Positions 16,982 through 26,078 of a stretch of DNA of 64,000 bases are shown here, piece after piece (position 1 is the stretch's first letter; each line of letters opens with the position of its first letter). Under the pieces are notes generated by a model that was not told the origin of the DNA, did not search any database, and worked only from the letters and a program-made list of their open reading frames with translations. This DNA comes from Actinomycetota bacterium (GTDB lineage Bacteria; Actinomycetota; Thermoleophilia; UBA2241). The stretch lies in NCBI GenBank assembly GCA_003132585.1, contig PKYG01000097.1, positions 1,790 to 65,789 on the forward strand, written 5' to 3'. The translations under genes and the position numbers were made by a program.

Positions 16982-18097
16982 ATGATCCCGGTCAACGAGC
17001 CGGCGCTCGGCGAGCGCGAGATCGAGCTTGTCGCCGACTGCGTGCGCAGCGGCTGGGTATCGTCCGCAGGCCGCTACCTGGACGAGTTCGAGCGGCGCTG
17101 GGCGGAGTACTGCGACATGAAACACGGGGTCGCCGTTTCCAGCGGTACGGCGGCGCTGGATGTCGCTGTCAGCTGTCTCCGGCTGCAGCCGGGTGACGAG
17201 GTCATCCTGCCGTCGTTCACAATCATCTCGTGCGCCCAGGCGATCACTAAGCACGGTGGGCTGCCGGTGCTGGTGGACTGCGATCCGGACACATGGTGCC
17301 TGGACGTAGACCAAGTCGCCGCACGCATCACGCCGCGCACGCGCGCGGTCATGGCCGTGCACATGTATGGCCACCCCGCCGACATGGACCCCCTGCGCGA
17401 GCTGGCGGACCGTCATGGGTTGGTGCTCATCGAGGATGCGGCCGAGGCGCATGGGGCCGAGTACAAGAGGAAGCGCTGCGGAGGGCTAGGAGACATCTCG
17501 TGCTTCAGCTTCTACGCTAACAAGATCATCACGACGGGCGAGGGCGGCATGATCCTCACGGACCGCGACGACTGGGCGGCCCACGCGCGTGCGTATCGCA
17601 ACCTCTGCTTTGGCAGCGAGCGACGCTTCCACCACGAGGAGCTTGGCGAGAACTACCGTATGACCAACATGCAGGCGGCTCTCGGGGTGGCCCAGCTCGA
17701 CCGGGTGGACGAGATCGTGGCGCACAAGCGCGCCATGGCCGCGGCGTACACTGAGCGCCTGCAGTCGTGCAAGGCTCTGCGGCTCCCCACAGAGCGTGAG
17801 TGGGCGCGCAGCACGTTCTGGATGTACGGCGTGGTGCTCAAGGACGGCGGCCGCGGCGCTGCGGGTCTCGCGGTGGAGTTGGCGAAGCGGCTGCAGGCGC
17901 GCGGTGTGCAAACGCGGCCGTTCTTCCTGGGCATGCACGAGCAGCCGGCCTTCCACCGCATGGGCCTGTTCGCAGGCGAGGAGTACCCGGTCACGGAGAT
18001 GCTCGCCCGCCAAGGCCTGTACCTGCCGTCCGGGACGGCTCTGCAACTAAGCCAGGTGGACCAGGTCGCCGCCGCCGTCAACGAGGTGATGAGATGA
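16982..18097 (+). CDS. DegT/DnrJ/EryC1/StrS aminotransferase, GDP-perosamine synthase-like
   Basis: IPVNEP, GWVSSAG, EDAAEAHG, SFYANKIITTGEGG (PLP lysine), NYRMTNMQAA. Confidence 0.88.
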   Translation: MIPVNEPALGEREIELVADCVRSGWVSSAGRYLDEFERRWAEYCDMKHGVAVSSGTAALDVAVSCLRLQPGDEVILPSFTIISCAQAITKHGGLPVLVDCDPDTWCLDVDQVAARITPRTRAVMAVHMYGHPADMDPLRELADRHGLVLIEDAAEAHGAEYKRKRCGGLGDISCFSFYANKIITTGEGGMILTDRDDWAAHARAYRNLCFGSERRFHHEELGENYRMTNMQAALGVAQLDRVDEIVAHKRAMAAAYTERLQSCKALRLPTEREWARSTFWMYGVVLKDGGRGAAGLAVELAKRLQARGVQTRPFFLGMHEQPAFHRMGLFAGEEYPVTEMLARQGLYLPSGTALQLSQVDQVAAAVNEVMR

Positions 18098-18161
18098 GCG
18101 CGTGGTTTGTCGGAGCCGTGTCTAGTACTGCGACGTTAACCGCAAGCGGGAGTGAGACCAG

Positions 18162-19100
18162 ATGACGCCGCGCATCCTAGTCACGGGCGCGGCGGGCTAC
18201 CTTGGGTCGGTCCTCGTCGGCCGGCTTCTCGACGGCGGCTTCGCGGTTCGCGCGGTCGATGCCCTGATCTATGGGCAAACGAGCCTGCTTCACTACTGCG
18301 GTCAAGCCGGTTTCGAGTTCGTCCGAGGCGACGTCAGAAACGAAGACCTCGTGCAACAGTCGCTTAGTGCTGTGGATGCCATCGTACCGCTGGCTGCACT
18401 CGTCGGTGCGCCCGTGTGCAGTCGCGATCCGTGGTCGGCCCGTGCGGTGAACTTCGAGGCCATCGCCATGCTGGCGCGTTTGCGGTCGCCATCGCAGCTG
18501 ATCGTGTTTCCGAACACCAACAGTATCTACGGGCACACTGCGTCTGGCTCGGTCTGTACCGAAGACTCGCCACTTGCTCCCGTGTCGGTGTACGCGCAGA
18601 CCAAATACGAGGCGGAGCAGACGGTGCTGGGGGCTGGGAACTCGCTCAGTCTGAGGATGGCGACGATGTTCGGTGCCTCGGCACGGATGCGCACCGATCT
18701 GCTCGTCAACGATTTCGTGTACTCCGCGTGCACCGCGCGTTCCATCGTGGTCTTCGACCACACCTTCCGCCGGAACTTCGTACACGTGCGCGATGCTGCG
18801 GACTGCATCACCCACTGCCTTGAGAACGCAGGGGACATGGCGGGTGGTGTCTATAACCTTGGTCTCGATGAGAGCAACCTTACAAAAGGCGAGCTTGCCA
18901 TGCGCGTTGCGAGCCACGTGCCCGGGTGCCATGTGGAGTTGGCGCAGATCGAGACTGACCCAGACAGACGCAGCTACACCATCTCGAGCGCGGCTCTCGC
19001 GGGAAAGGGCTTCGTTGCCAGGCGCTCCTTGGACGCGGGCATCGAGGAGCTCAAGACGGCATTCGAAATGTGGCCCCGCAGTCGCTTCGGCAACGTATGA
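18162..19100 (+). CDS. NAD-dependent epimerase/dehydratase
   Basis: TGAAGYLGS, LAALVGAP, YAQTK, RMRTDLLVNDF. Confidence 0.85.
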   Translation: MTPRILVTGAAGYLGSVLVGRLLDGGFAVRAVDALIYGQTSLLHYCGQAGFEFVRGDVRNEDLVQQSLSAVDAIVPLAALVGAPVCSRDPWSARAVNFEAIAMLARLRSPSQLIVFPNTNSIYGHTASGSVCTEDSPLAPVSVYAQTKYEAEQTVLGAGNSLSLRMATMFGASARMRTDLLVNDFVYSACTARSIVVFDHTFRRNFVHVRDAADCITHCLENAGDMAGGVYNLGLDESNLTKGELAMRVASHVPGCHVELAQIETDPDRRSYTISSAALAGKGFVARRSLDAGIEELKTAFEMWPRSRFGNV

Positions 19101-19936
19101 GCGATGGTACTTCCGGAGGAGGCGGCCGTGACTGGAGTGGGATCGTGAGCGGAATACCGTTCGGACCCGGTTATGCGTCTGCGTACGATGTGCTCTATGG
19201 CGACAAGGACTACGAGGCAGAGGTCGACATCCTCGAGGCTCTCTTTGCGCGGCACGCCTCATGCGCCGTCCATAGCGTGCTGGATCTGGGCTGTGGTACG
19301 GGGTCCCACGCGCTGCCGTTGGCGGGTCGCAGCTACGCTGTGACCGGAGTGGATGTTTCGTCGGACATGTTGGCTCGTGGCCGCAGCAAGCTGTCAGAGA
19401 CGGAGGTGGAGGTCGAGTTCCGCGAAGGCGACATCCGCAGTTACCGAGACGGGCGGGAATACGACGCGGTCATCATGATGTTCGCTGTGCTCGGCTACCA
19501 ACGCACCAACGCGGACGTTCTCGCCGCTCTCTCCACGGTCGCTGCTCATCTCCGCCCAGGTGGTGTGTTCGTTGCCGACTTCTGGTACGGGCCAGCGGTG
19601 CTGTCCTTGGGTCCCGGGAGTCGACAGAAGACGGCCATGCACGGGAACAGGCGGGTGTTCCGCTTCGCAAGCGGTGTTTGCGACGAGTCGCGTCACACCT
19701 GTGTGGTGGCGTACGACGTACTGACCACAGAGGGTGCGCACGTCTTGTCTGAGGCTCACGAGGACCACGAGATGCGGTTCTTCTTTCCCCTGGAGCTTGA
19801 CTTCGCGCTGGCAGATGCGGGCCTCTGTCGGCTAGCGCTCACCGCATACCCGGACGTGGAGAGTCCGCCCAGTGCCGCGGATTGGTGTGCCTGTCTCGTG
19901 GCACAGCTCGCCCCAGGCCGGTCAGCGTCGCGTTGA
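19097..19936 (+). CDS. Class I SAM methyltransferase (TylM1/DesVI-like sugar N-methyltransferase candidate)
   Basis: YDVLYGDKDYEAE, LDLGCGTGSH, HLRPGGVF. Confidence 0.82.
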   Translation: MSDGTSGGGGRDWSGIVSGIPFGPGYASAYDVLYGDKDYEAEVDILEALFARHASCAVHSVLDLGCGTGSHALPLAGRSYAVTGVDVSSDMLARGRSKLSETEVEVEFREGDIRSYRDGREYDAVIMMFAVLGYQRTNADVLAALSTVAAHLRPGGVFVADFWYGPAVLSLGPGSRQKTAMHGNRRVFRFASGVCDESRHTCVVAYDVLTTEGAHVLSEAHEDHEMRFFFPLELDFALADAGLCRLALTAYPDVESPPSAADWCACLVAQLAPGRSASR

Positions 19937-19938
19937 GA

Positions 19939-20105
19939 ATGGACCCGGCCACCGTGCAGACCAGCCCAAGCGTCGCCTCGAGCCAAGGCGACACGACGCA
20001 ACGCCCCGACCAGGAGGATTGGACGCTCGTGATCCGGCCGAAGGGCCGGTTGGTCGACCTTCGCCTCCGCGAGCCCTGGGCGGCGAGGGAGCTCGTGTGG
20101 TTTAA
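19939..20105 (+). pseudogene. 5' stub of a wzm ABC permease homolog
   Basis: WTLVIRPKGRLVDLRLREPWAARELVWF versus intact Wzm WTYVVGPKRGWFDLRLRAVWAARGLVRLF. Confidence 0.8.
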
Positions 20106-20140
20106 TGGGGGCGTCTCACTTGAGCGCGCCGGTCACCGCA

Positions 20141-20260
20141 ACCTACTGGCGTCTTTTCCTCATGCAGCGGGTGGTTGTGACCATTGCCAGCGTTTATTCG
20201 GCCGACAAAGTCAAGAACCGCATCCATCTGTCTCTCGGCCAGGAAGCCGTCGCTGCCAGG
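20141..20260 (+). pseudogene. 5' stub of an E1-alpha ThDP dehydrogenase homolog
   Basis: YWRLFLMQRV...DKVKNRIHLSLGQEAVAA; 86/120 nt identical to 21885-22004 by manual count. Confidence 0.88.
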
Positions 20261-20435
20261 ACGTGGTCGCGCAGTGAGCTCAAACGACCCCGTTCCGGAG
20301 TCCATCTGTAACAAGGCTGAAAGGCAACCTAACCAATCTGGAGCGTGCGACCCGCCAACGAGGTGATGGGCTGCGCGCCAACCAAGTAGGTTGGGCCGGG
20401 GCTCGCGTACAGGTTGACGGGGCTGGCGGGGAGGA

Positions 20436-21416
20436 GTGAAGGCAACGATGGACCCAGCTGAAGAAAGAATCGAGATCATTCCACGCGATTGGCAGTCGGC
20501 TAGGACCTACCTCTGCGATCCGGGAGGATTCCTGAAGCAAGCTGCTGGGGTGGCGCGCAGGTCCATACTGGCAAGCAGAATGGGACGTCCGCTTCGCGCA
20601 GCAAAGCGGCAATACGGACTGATACGTAGTCTCAAGAGTACGCTGCTGTGGCCGTTTCATGATTTCTGGCTAAGCCCCCCGCCGATGACAGTCACCGTCA
20701 GGCGGTATACGCAGTTCTATAGGGACCTGAGGAGTTACTTTGGGTTGCCGGGTGCAGAGCCTTTTGACATCCGCTGGATGATCCCGCTCATCCACGACAA
20801 GTACTCTGATGCGGGGGATACTGGGCAGTATTTCTATCAAGACATCTGGGCAATGAAGCGCATCATGGAGACCAAAACAAGTTCACACGTAGACGTTGGC
20901 TCGAGAATGATTCTCGTCGGCATGATGAGTGCGATAACGCGTGTGACTTTTGTAGATGTCAGACCACTGCAGTGCAATCTGCCCAATCTGGAGAGCAGAA
21001 TTGGCGATATCACCAATATGCCCTACCCCGATAGCTCGATACCGTCGCTTTCGTGCTTGCATGTAGCTGAACACATCGGTCTAGGTAGGTATGGAGACAA
21101 GCTTGATCCCAAAGGAACCGAGAAGGCAGCTGCGGAGCTTGTTCGGGTTCTCGCGCCAAGTGGGAACCTGTTCTTCTCTGTACCCGTTGGGAACCCGGAG
21201 AGGGTGTATTTCAACTCGCACAGGATGTACTCAGTATCCACCATCATGGCGATGTTCTCAGACCTCGAGCTAGTCGAAGCATCGGGAATTGATGGCGAGA
21301 ACAACTTCATTGAGAATATAGACGTGCGACTGTTCGATGAAGTGAAACACCGTTGGGGTGGCGTGTGTCTGTTGTGGCTTAGGAAGCCTGCTGAAGTAGG
21401 TCGCTCCGATGGATAG
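20436..21416 (+). CDS. DUF268 domain methyltransferase-like protein
   Basis: QYFYQDIWA, HVDVGSR, SCLHVAEHIGLGRYGD, FNSHR; visibly lower GC than its neighbours. Confidence 0.8.
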   Translation: MKATMDPAEERIEIIPRDWQSARTYLCDPGGFLKQAAGVARRSILASRMGRPLRAAKRQYGLIRSLKSTLLWPFHDFWLSPPPMTVTVRRYTQFYRDLRSYFGLPGAEPFDIRWMIPLIHDKYSDAGDTGQYFYQDIWAMKRIMETKTSSHVDVGSRMILVGMMSAITRVTFVDVRPLQCNLPNLESRIGDITNMPYPDSSIPSLSCLHVAEHIGLGRYGDKLDPKGTEKAAAELVRVLAPSGNLFFSVPVGNPERVYFNSHRMYSVSTIMAMFSDLELVEASGIDGENNFIENIDVRLFDEVKHRWGGVCLLWLRKPAEVGRSDG

Positions 21417-21600
21417 TCACAGCCTGGCCAGACGGCGCGATCAGCCGACAACCGTGCAGGCTTGGCGTGCGTGCCTCGTGGCACAGCCGGGCGACGCCGA
21501 CACGGTTGCGCGTTGCTGGATGACCGTGGCTGCCCGACAGGTGGACCTGAACAAACGCGAGGGTCGAGTCGGTGTTTCGGGGCAGACTGATTGGCACAAG

Positions 21601-21790
21601 TGGACGCCGGTCATTTGTTCCGAGGCTGAGTGGTGCGACCATCGTCTCCGCGGACTCCTCCTGACAAGAGATCTGGGTTGGCTGTTCTTCTGTCGCGACT
21701 CTGTGGCTGCGCCCGAGCGACTGTCCTGTGCCGACATGTGGTATGCCTCCCGCTCTGTGCCAACGACGACTCTTTCAAGGTCAGGGTTGG
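21601..21790 (+). pseudogene. Second degenerate wzm 5' stub
   Basis: WTPVI..EAEWCDHRLRGLLLTRDLGWLFFCRDSVA...WY...TT matches the Wzm N-terminus. Confidence 0.7.
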
Positions 21791-21797
21791 TGGCTGA

Positions 21798-22805
21798 TTG
21801 ACCGAGGACATCGGATCGATCGGGCGCCATGAGGCGCATAGTCTTCTAGTGGGAGTTCGTAACTTGACCACTGACATACGGCAGGTCTACAGGCGTCTCT
21901 ACCTGATACGCCGGGTCGAAGAGACGATCGTCGACATCTACCCGACCGACAAGGTAAAGAGCCCCGTTCATCTGTCTCTTGGTCAGGAAGCCGTCGCCGC
22001 GGGGGTGTGCTCGGCATTGCGCCCCGAAGATGTCGTCTTTGGCTCCTATCGGGGTCACGCGAGCTACCTCGCCAAGGGCGGGAACCTCAATGCCATGATG
22101 GCCGAGCTCTTCGGCAAGGCGACTGGGTGCACCAAAGGCAGGGGCGGCTCGATGCATCTCGCCGACGCACGGGCCGGCGTGATGCCCACCTCGGCAATCG
22201 TCGGCTCGACGATAGCGAATGCGGCAGGATACGCCTTTGGGCTCCGTCGACTCGGTACGGATGCGGTGGTAGTCAGCTTTTTTGGTGACGGTGCCACCGA
22301 AGAAGGGGTGTTCTCGGAGGCGCTCAACTTCGCTGCTCTGAAGCGGCTCCCGGTCCTGTTCGTGTGCGAGAACAACAGCTATGCGATTCACACGCATGTG
22401 AGCCGCCGACAGTCGGCGCAGCGCCTGGTCGAGCGCGTCCGCACCTACGGCATTGCTGCTTCACGCGTCGCAGACGCAGATGTCCTGCGCATCGCCACGG
22501 AGGCGCAGGAGTGTGTGCAGGCATTGCGCGAAGGCCGCGGGCCGCGGTTTCTCGAGTGCGCGACGTATCGACTCAGGGAGCACGTGGGGCCGGGTGAGGA
22601 TTGGGACTTGGGCTACCGCTCGCGTGACGAAGCCCTACCCTGGATCCAGAGTGATCAGGTGACGCGACTTGGAGAAATGCTAGAGCCGCGAGAACGAGCG
22701 GCTCTTGAAGCGGCAGTGGAAGGGGAGATCACTGCCGCCGTGGCTTTTGCAGAGGAGAGCCCCTTCCCTGCCGCCAGCGACCTACAGAACGATGTGTTCG
22801 CATGA
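21798..22805 (+). CDS. ThDP-dependent dehydrogenase E1 alpha subunit-like
   Basis: HLSLGQEA, GRGGSMH, GDGA..EGVF.EALN..NN, TYR..EHVG; likely start TTG 21864. Confidence 0.9.
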   Translation: MTEDIGSIGRHEAHSLLVGVRNLTTDIRQVYRRLYLIRRVEETIVDIYPTDKVKSPVHLSLGQEAVAAGVCSALRPEDVVFGSYRGHASYLAKGGNLNAMMAELFGKATGCTKGRGGSMHLADARAGVMPTSAIVGSTIANAAGYAFGLRRLGTDAVVVSFFGDGATEEGVFSEALNFAALKRLPVLFVCENNSYAIHTHVSRRQSAQRLVERVRTYGIAASRVADADVLRIATEAQECVQALREGRGPRFLECATYRLREHVGPGEDWDLGYRSRDEALPWIQSDQVTRLGEMLEPRERAALEAAVEGEITAAVAFAEESPFPAASDLQNDVFA

Positions 22806-23854
22806 TTGAAGAACGCTCGCTGAGCCAGATAGACGCGATTCGCGAGGCCCTCTCGCAGGAGATGGAGCGGGATGATCGCGTTCTCGTGCTCGGCTTGGGC
22901 GTGGACGATCCGAAGGCGATACTCGGCAGCACGCGCGGTCTCGCGGAGCGCTTCGGCTCCGAGCGCGTGATGGACACGCCTCTCTCTGAGGATTGTATGA
23001 CCGGCGCATGCATAGGTATGGCGATGGCGGGCTTGCGTCCGGTTCATATCCACATTCGCGTCGATTTCCTCATGCTCGCCATGAACCAGATTGTGAATGT
23101 GGCGGCGAAGTCGATGTACATGTCCGGCGGCCAGCAACCCGTACCACTCGTTGTGCGGGCCATCATCGGGCGCAGCTGGGGTCAGGGCGCACAGCACTCT
23201 CAGGCGTTGCACAGCATGTTCATGCATGTGCCGGGCCTCAAGGTCGTGGCCCCCTCGACCCCGCTCGATGCGAAAGCCGCCCTGACCTACGCCATCCGCG
23301 ACGACAACCCCATCATCTTCATCGAGCACCGCATGCTGCATGGCTTCACGGGCGCGGTCCCAAGTGGCGAGGTCCTGAGAGGACCAGGTAGCTGCCGTGT
23401 TCTCAGGCGTGGGGGAGATCTGACCTTGGTGGGCATCTCCTATATGGTGCCCGAGTGCCTGCGCGCTGCAGAGTGGCTGTCCACCGTGGGCATCGAGTGC
23501 GAGGTCCTCGATCCCGTGTGGCTTAGCCCATTAGATGTCGAGGGCATCAACGCATCGGTCGCGAAGACAGGGCGTCTGCTCGTTGCCGACAACGCCTGGC
23601 TTGAGTGCGGCGCGAGCGCCGAGATTGTGGCGGGGGCCTGCGAGGCTTTGGGCTCGACGCGTCGCTTGGCCGTGGGGCGTGTGGGCTTCGCCGCGACCCC
23701 CTGTCCGACGACGCCTGCCCTCGAGGCGGTCTTCTACGCAAGCGCAGCCTCCATCGCGAGCGAGGCGTTCCGCCTGGTCAAGGGCGAGCTACCAGAGCGA
23801 GGCTGCGATCTCGACATGCCACGCGAGGTCCGGGAGTTCAGGGGGCCTTTCTGA
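22802..23854 (+). CDS. ThDP-dependent dehydrogenase E1 beta subunit-like
   Basis: RVMDTPLSE, GLRPV, GAQHSQ, PGLKVV, IFIEH. Confidence 0.9.
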   Translation: MIEERSLSQIDAIREALSQEMERDDRVLVLGLGVDDPKAILGSTRGLAERFGSERVMDTPLSEDCMTGACIGMAMAGLRPVHIHIRVDFLMLAMNQIVNVAAKSMYMSGGQQPVPLVVRAIIGRSWGQGAQHSQALHSMFMHVPGLKVVAPSTPLDAKAALTYAIRDDNPIIFIEHRMLHGFTGAVPSGEVLRGPGSCRVLRRGGDLTLVGISYMVPECLRAAEWLSTVGIECEVLDPVWLSPLDVEGINASVAKTGRLLVADNAWLECGASAEIVAGACEALGSTRRLAVGRVGFAATPCPTTPALEAVFYASAASIASEAFRLVKGELPERGCDLDMPREVREFRGPF

Positions 23855-24894
23855 TGTCCTGTGAGAGTGCCGTCCGGCTTCTGCTTGAGGACGGAGAACT
23901 GGCTTCCCGTCACGCGGGCCTTCACCGGCTGGAGGGCGCCCGCCTACTCATCACGGGGGCCTCCGGCATCATCGGCCTTAATCTCCTTGCAGCCCTCGCG
24001 GCCGCGAGGGCTGCGGGCGTCTCGATGGACATCTACGCGAGCGTCCAGCGGCCGCCTTCCGACGCGCTCAACCGAGTGGCACATGCGGCGGGCGCCATCG
24101 TGGTGGCGAGCGACCTGTCGACGCCGCAGGGAGTGGAGGACTTGCCGATCGCGGACATCATCGTCCATGCCGCCGGCTCGGGCGACCCTGGCGTGTTCCT
24201 GGCAAGAAAAGCGGAGACCCTGTCGATCGGGGCTTGCGCGACCCTTGCCCTGATCCGCCGCCTTCCTCCTAACGGTCGGCTGTTGTTCCTCAGCTCATCA
24301 GAGGTGTACCAGGGCTTGGACGGCCGAATCGCGGACGAGTCCTTGTGTGGCACCACGACGCCGCAGCATCCCCGTGCTGCATATATCGAAGCCAAACGCG
24401 CGGGCGAGGCCGCCTGTGTGGTGGGCCGCGAAGCCGGACTGACAACCACGGTGGCCCGAATTGCGATCACCTACGGCCCTGGGGCTCGCTTGGGCGACAC
24501 GCGTGTCGTGAACGCGCTGATTGAGCGCTCTCTGCGACAGCCCACCACGCAGCTTCTGGATTCCGGGGCCGCCATCAGGACGTTGATCTACACGCGAGAC
24601 GCTGTGGAACTGCTGTGGCGCATCGCTTTGCAGGGGAGAGAGTCCATCTACAACGTAGCCGGGAAGACAGTGGTGACTGTCAAGGAGATGGCCGAGATCG
24701 TTGCTGGAGCGACACACAGTCGCCTCGAGTCGGGCCGCGGCGATGGTGCAGCGGGAGCTGCACGAGAGGTGCGCCTCGACCTAACACGTGTATTGACGGA
24801 GTTCCCCAAGACGGATTTCCTTGATCTTGAAGGCGGTATCGCGAGAACCGTTGAGTGGTACCGTTCTCTGCTGGAGGTGGATGCGCGGGCATGA
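23854..24894 (+). CDS. NAD-dependent epimerase/dehydratase (extended SDR)
   Basis: ITGASGIIG, SSSEVY, YIEAKRAGE, YGPG; ATG overlaps the upstream TGA. Confidence 0.82.
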   Translation: MSCESAVRLLLEDGELASRHAGLHRLEGARLLITGASGIIGLNLLAALAAARAAGVSMDIYASVQRPPSDALNRVAHAAGAIVVASDLSTPQGVEDLPIADIIVHAAGSGDPGVFLARKAETLSIGACATLALIRRLPPNGRLLFLSSSEVYQGLDGRIADESLCGTTTPQHPRAAYIEAKRAGEAACVVGREAGLTTTVARIAITYGPGARLGDTRVVNALIERSLRQPTTQLLDSGAAIRTLIYTRDAVELLWRIALQGRESIYNVAGKTVVTVKEMAEIVAGATHSRLESGRGDGAAGAAREVRLDLTRVLTEFPKTDFLDLEGGIARTVEWYRSLLEVDARA

Positions 24895-26078
24895 GGGACT
24901 ACAAGTGGAGACTGCAGGAGAACGTCATCAGTGACGCAGACCTGGAGCTGCTGGTGCACTTCATAAGGACGACCAAGCGTTTCACGCAGTTCACAAAGGT
25001 GCGTGAGTTCGAAGAGGCATTTGCTGCGTGGCAAGGATGCAAATACTGCATCATGGTCAACTCGGGCAGCTCCGCCAATCTCGTGGCCGTGGCCGTGGCC
25101 AAGGAGATGCATGGTTGGTCAAGCGGTGACGAAGTGCTCGTGCCTGCGGTGACCTGGCCAACTACGGTGACGCCGGTCATGCAGCTAGGCCTCAAGCCGG
25201 TCTTCGTCGACGTCAACCTGCGGGATCTTTCGTTCGACTACGATGCGCTGGAGAACGCAGTCACGCGTCAGACCAAGGCGGTCTTTGCACCGCACCTCCT
25301 TGGTTTTCCTGCAGATGTTGCCCGCCTCAAGGCCGTCTGCGCGAGTCACGGGCTGATTCTTCTTGAGGATTGCTGCGAATCTCAGGGTGCGGTGGTCGAA
25401 GGAGCCAAGGTCGGGAATCACGGTTTGGCCGGCACCTTTAGCTTCTACTGGGGCCACCATATGACTACGGTCGAGGGCGGGATGATCTGCACCAACGACG
25501 ACGAGGTCCGGGATCTTGCTCTGCTGAAACGCTCACACGGGCTGGCCCGAGAGCTGCCGCAGGACGCTCACGCTGCCTTGCGTCGGCGCTACTCAGACGT
25601 CGTGTTTGACTTCCTCTTCCTGACCGACGGCTTCAACGTTCGCAACACAGAGTTCAATGCTGTCCTCGGGTTGGCCCAGCTCGCTCGCTTGGACGACTTC
25701 ATCCGCATCCGCAACCGCAACTACACACGGTTCCTGGAGATCTGTACACCTTTTGAAGACGAACTTATTCTTCTTCGCGGTTTGGGCATGAGCGCGTTTG
25801 TGCTGCCTTTCGTCTTTCGCGACGTGGCTCGCAAGACGGCCTTTGAAGCCATTCTTCGGCGAGCGGGCATCGAATCACGCCCCTTGATCAGCGGTAATCT
25901 CCTGCGGCAGCCGGTGTTCTCGACGTTTGGCGAGAGCTGCGACTTCCCCAATGCGGAGTATCTGCATCTGCATGCTTTCTACATCGGGAACAACCAGTTC
26001 GTCGAGGCGGAGCGACTTGCGGCGCTTCAGGAGCTGATGGGAGCATTCTTCGCGCGCCCGACCGGGGTTGCCCGCTAG
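24891..26078 (+). CDS. PLP-dependent NDP-4-keto-6-deoxysugar 3-dehydratase (ColD-like)
   Basis: VNSGSSANL, EDCCES, SFYWGHHMTTVEGG (His at the usual PLP-Lys position), RSHGLARE, GFNVRNTE. Confidence 0.8.
   Translation: MRDYKWRLQENVISDADLELLVHFIRTTKRFTQFTKVREFEEAFAAWQGCKYCIMVNSGSSANLVAVAVAKEMHGWSSGDEVLVPAVTWPTTVTPVMQLGLKPVFVDVNLRDLSFDYDALENAVTRQTKAVFAPHLLGFPADVARLKAVCASHGLILLEDCCESQGAVVEGAKVGNHGLAGTFSFYWGHHMTTVEGGMICTNDDEVRDLALLKRSHGLARELPQDAHAALRRRYSDVVFDFLFLTDGFNVRNTEFNAVLGLAQLARLDDFIRIRNRNYTRFLEICTPFEDELILLRGLGMSAFVLPFVFRDVARKTAFEAILRRAGIESRPLISGNLLRQPVFSTFGESCDFPNAEYLHLHAFYIGNNQFVEAERLAALQELMGAFFARPTGVAR

Noticed and set aside
18094-18165. 23-codon ORF coupled to both neighbouring genes
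   Set aside because: May be another remnant but has no recognisable motif
21798-23854. pdhA/pdhB or acoA/acoB call
   Set aside because: No E2/E3 subunits in the window and the genes are coupled to sugar enzymes
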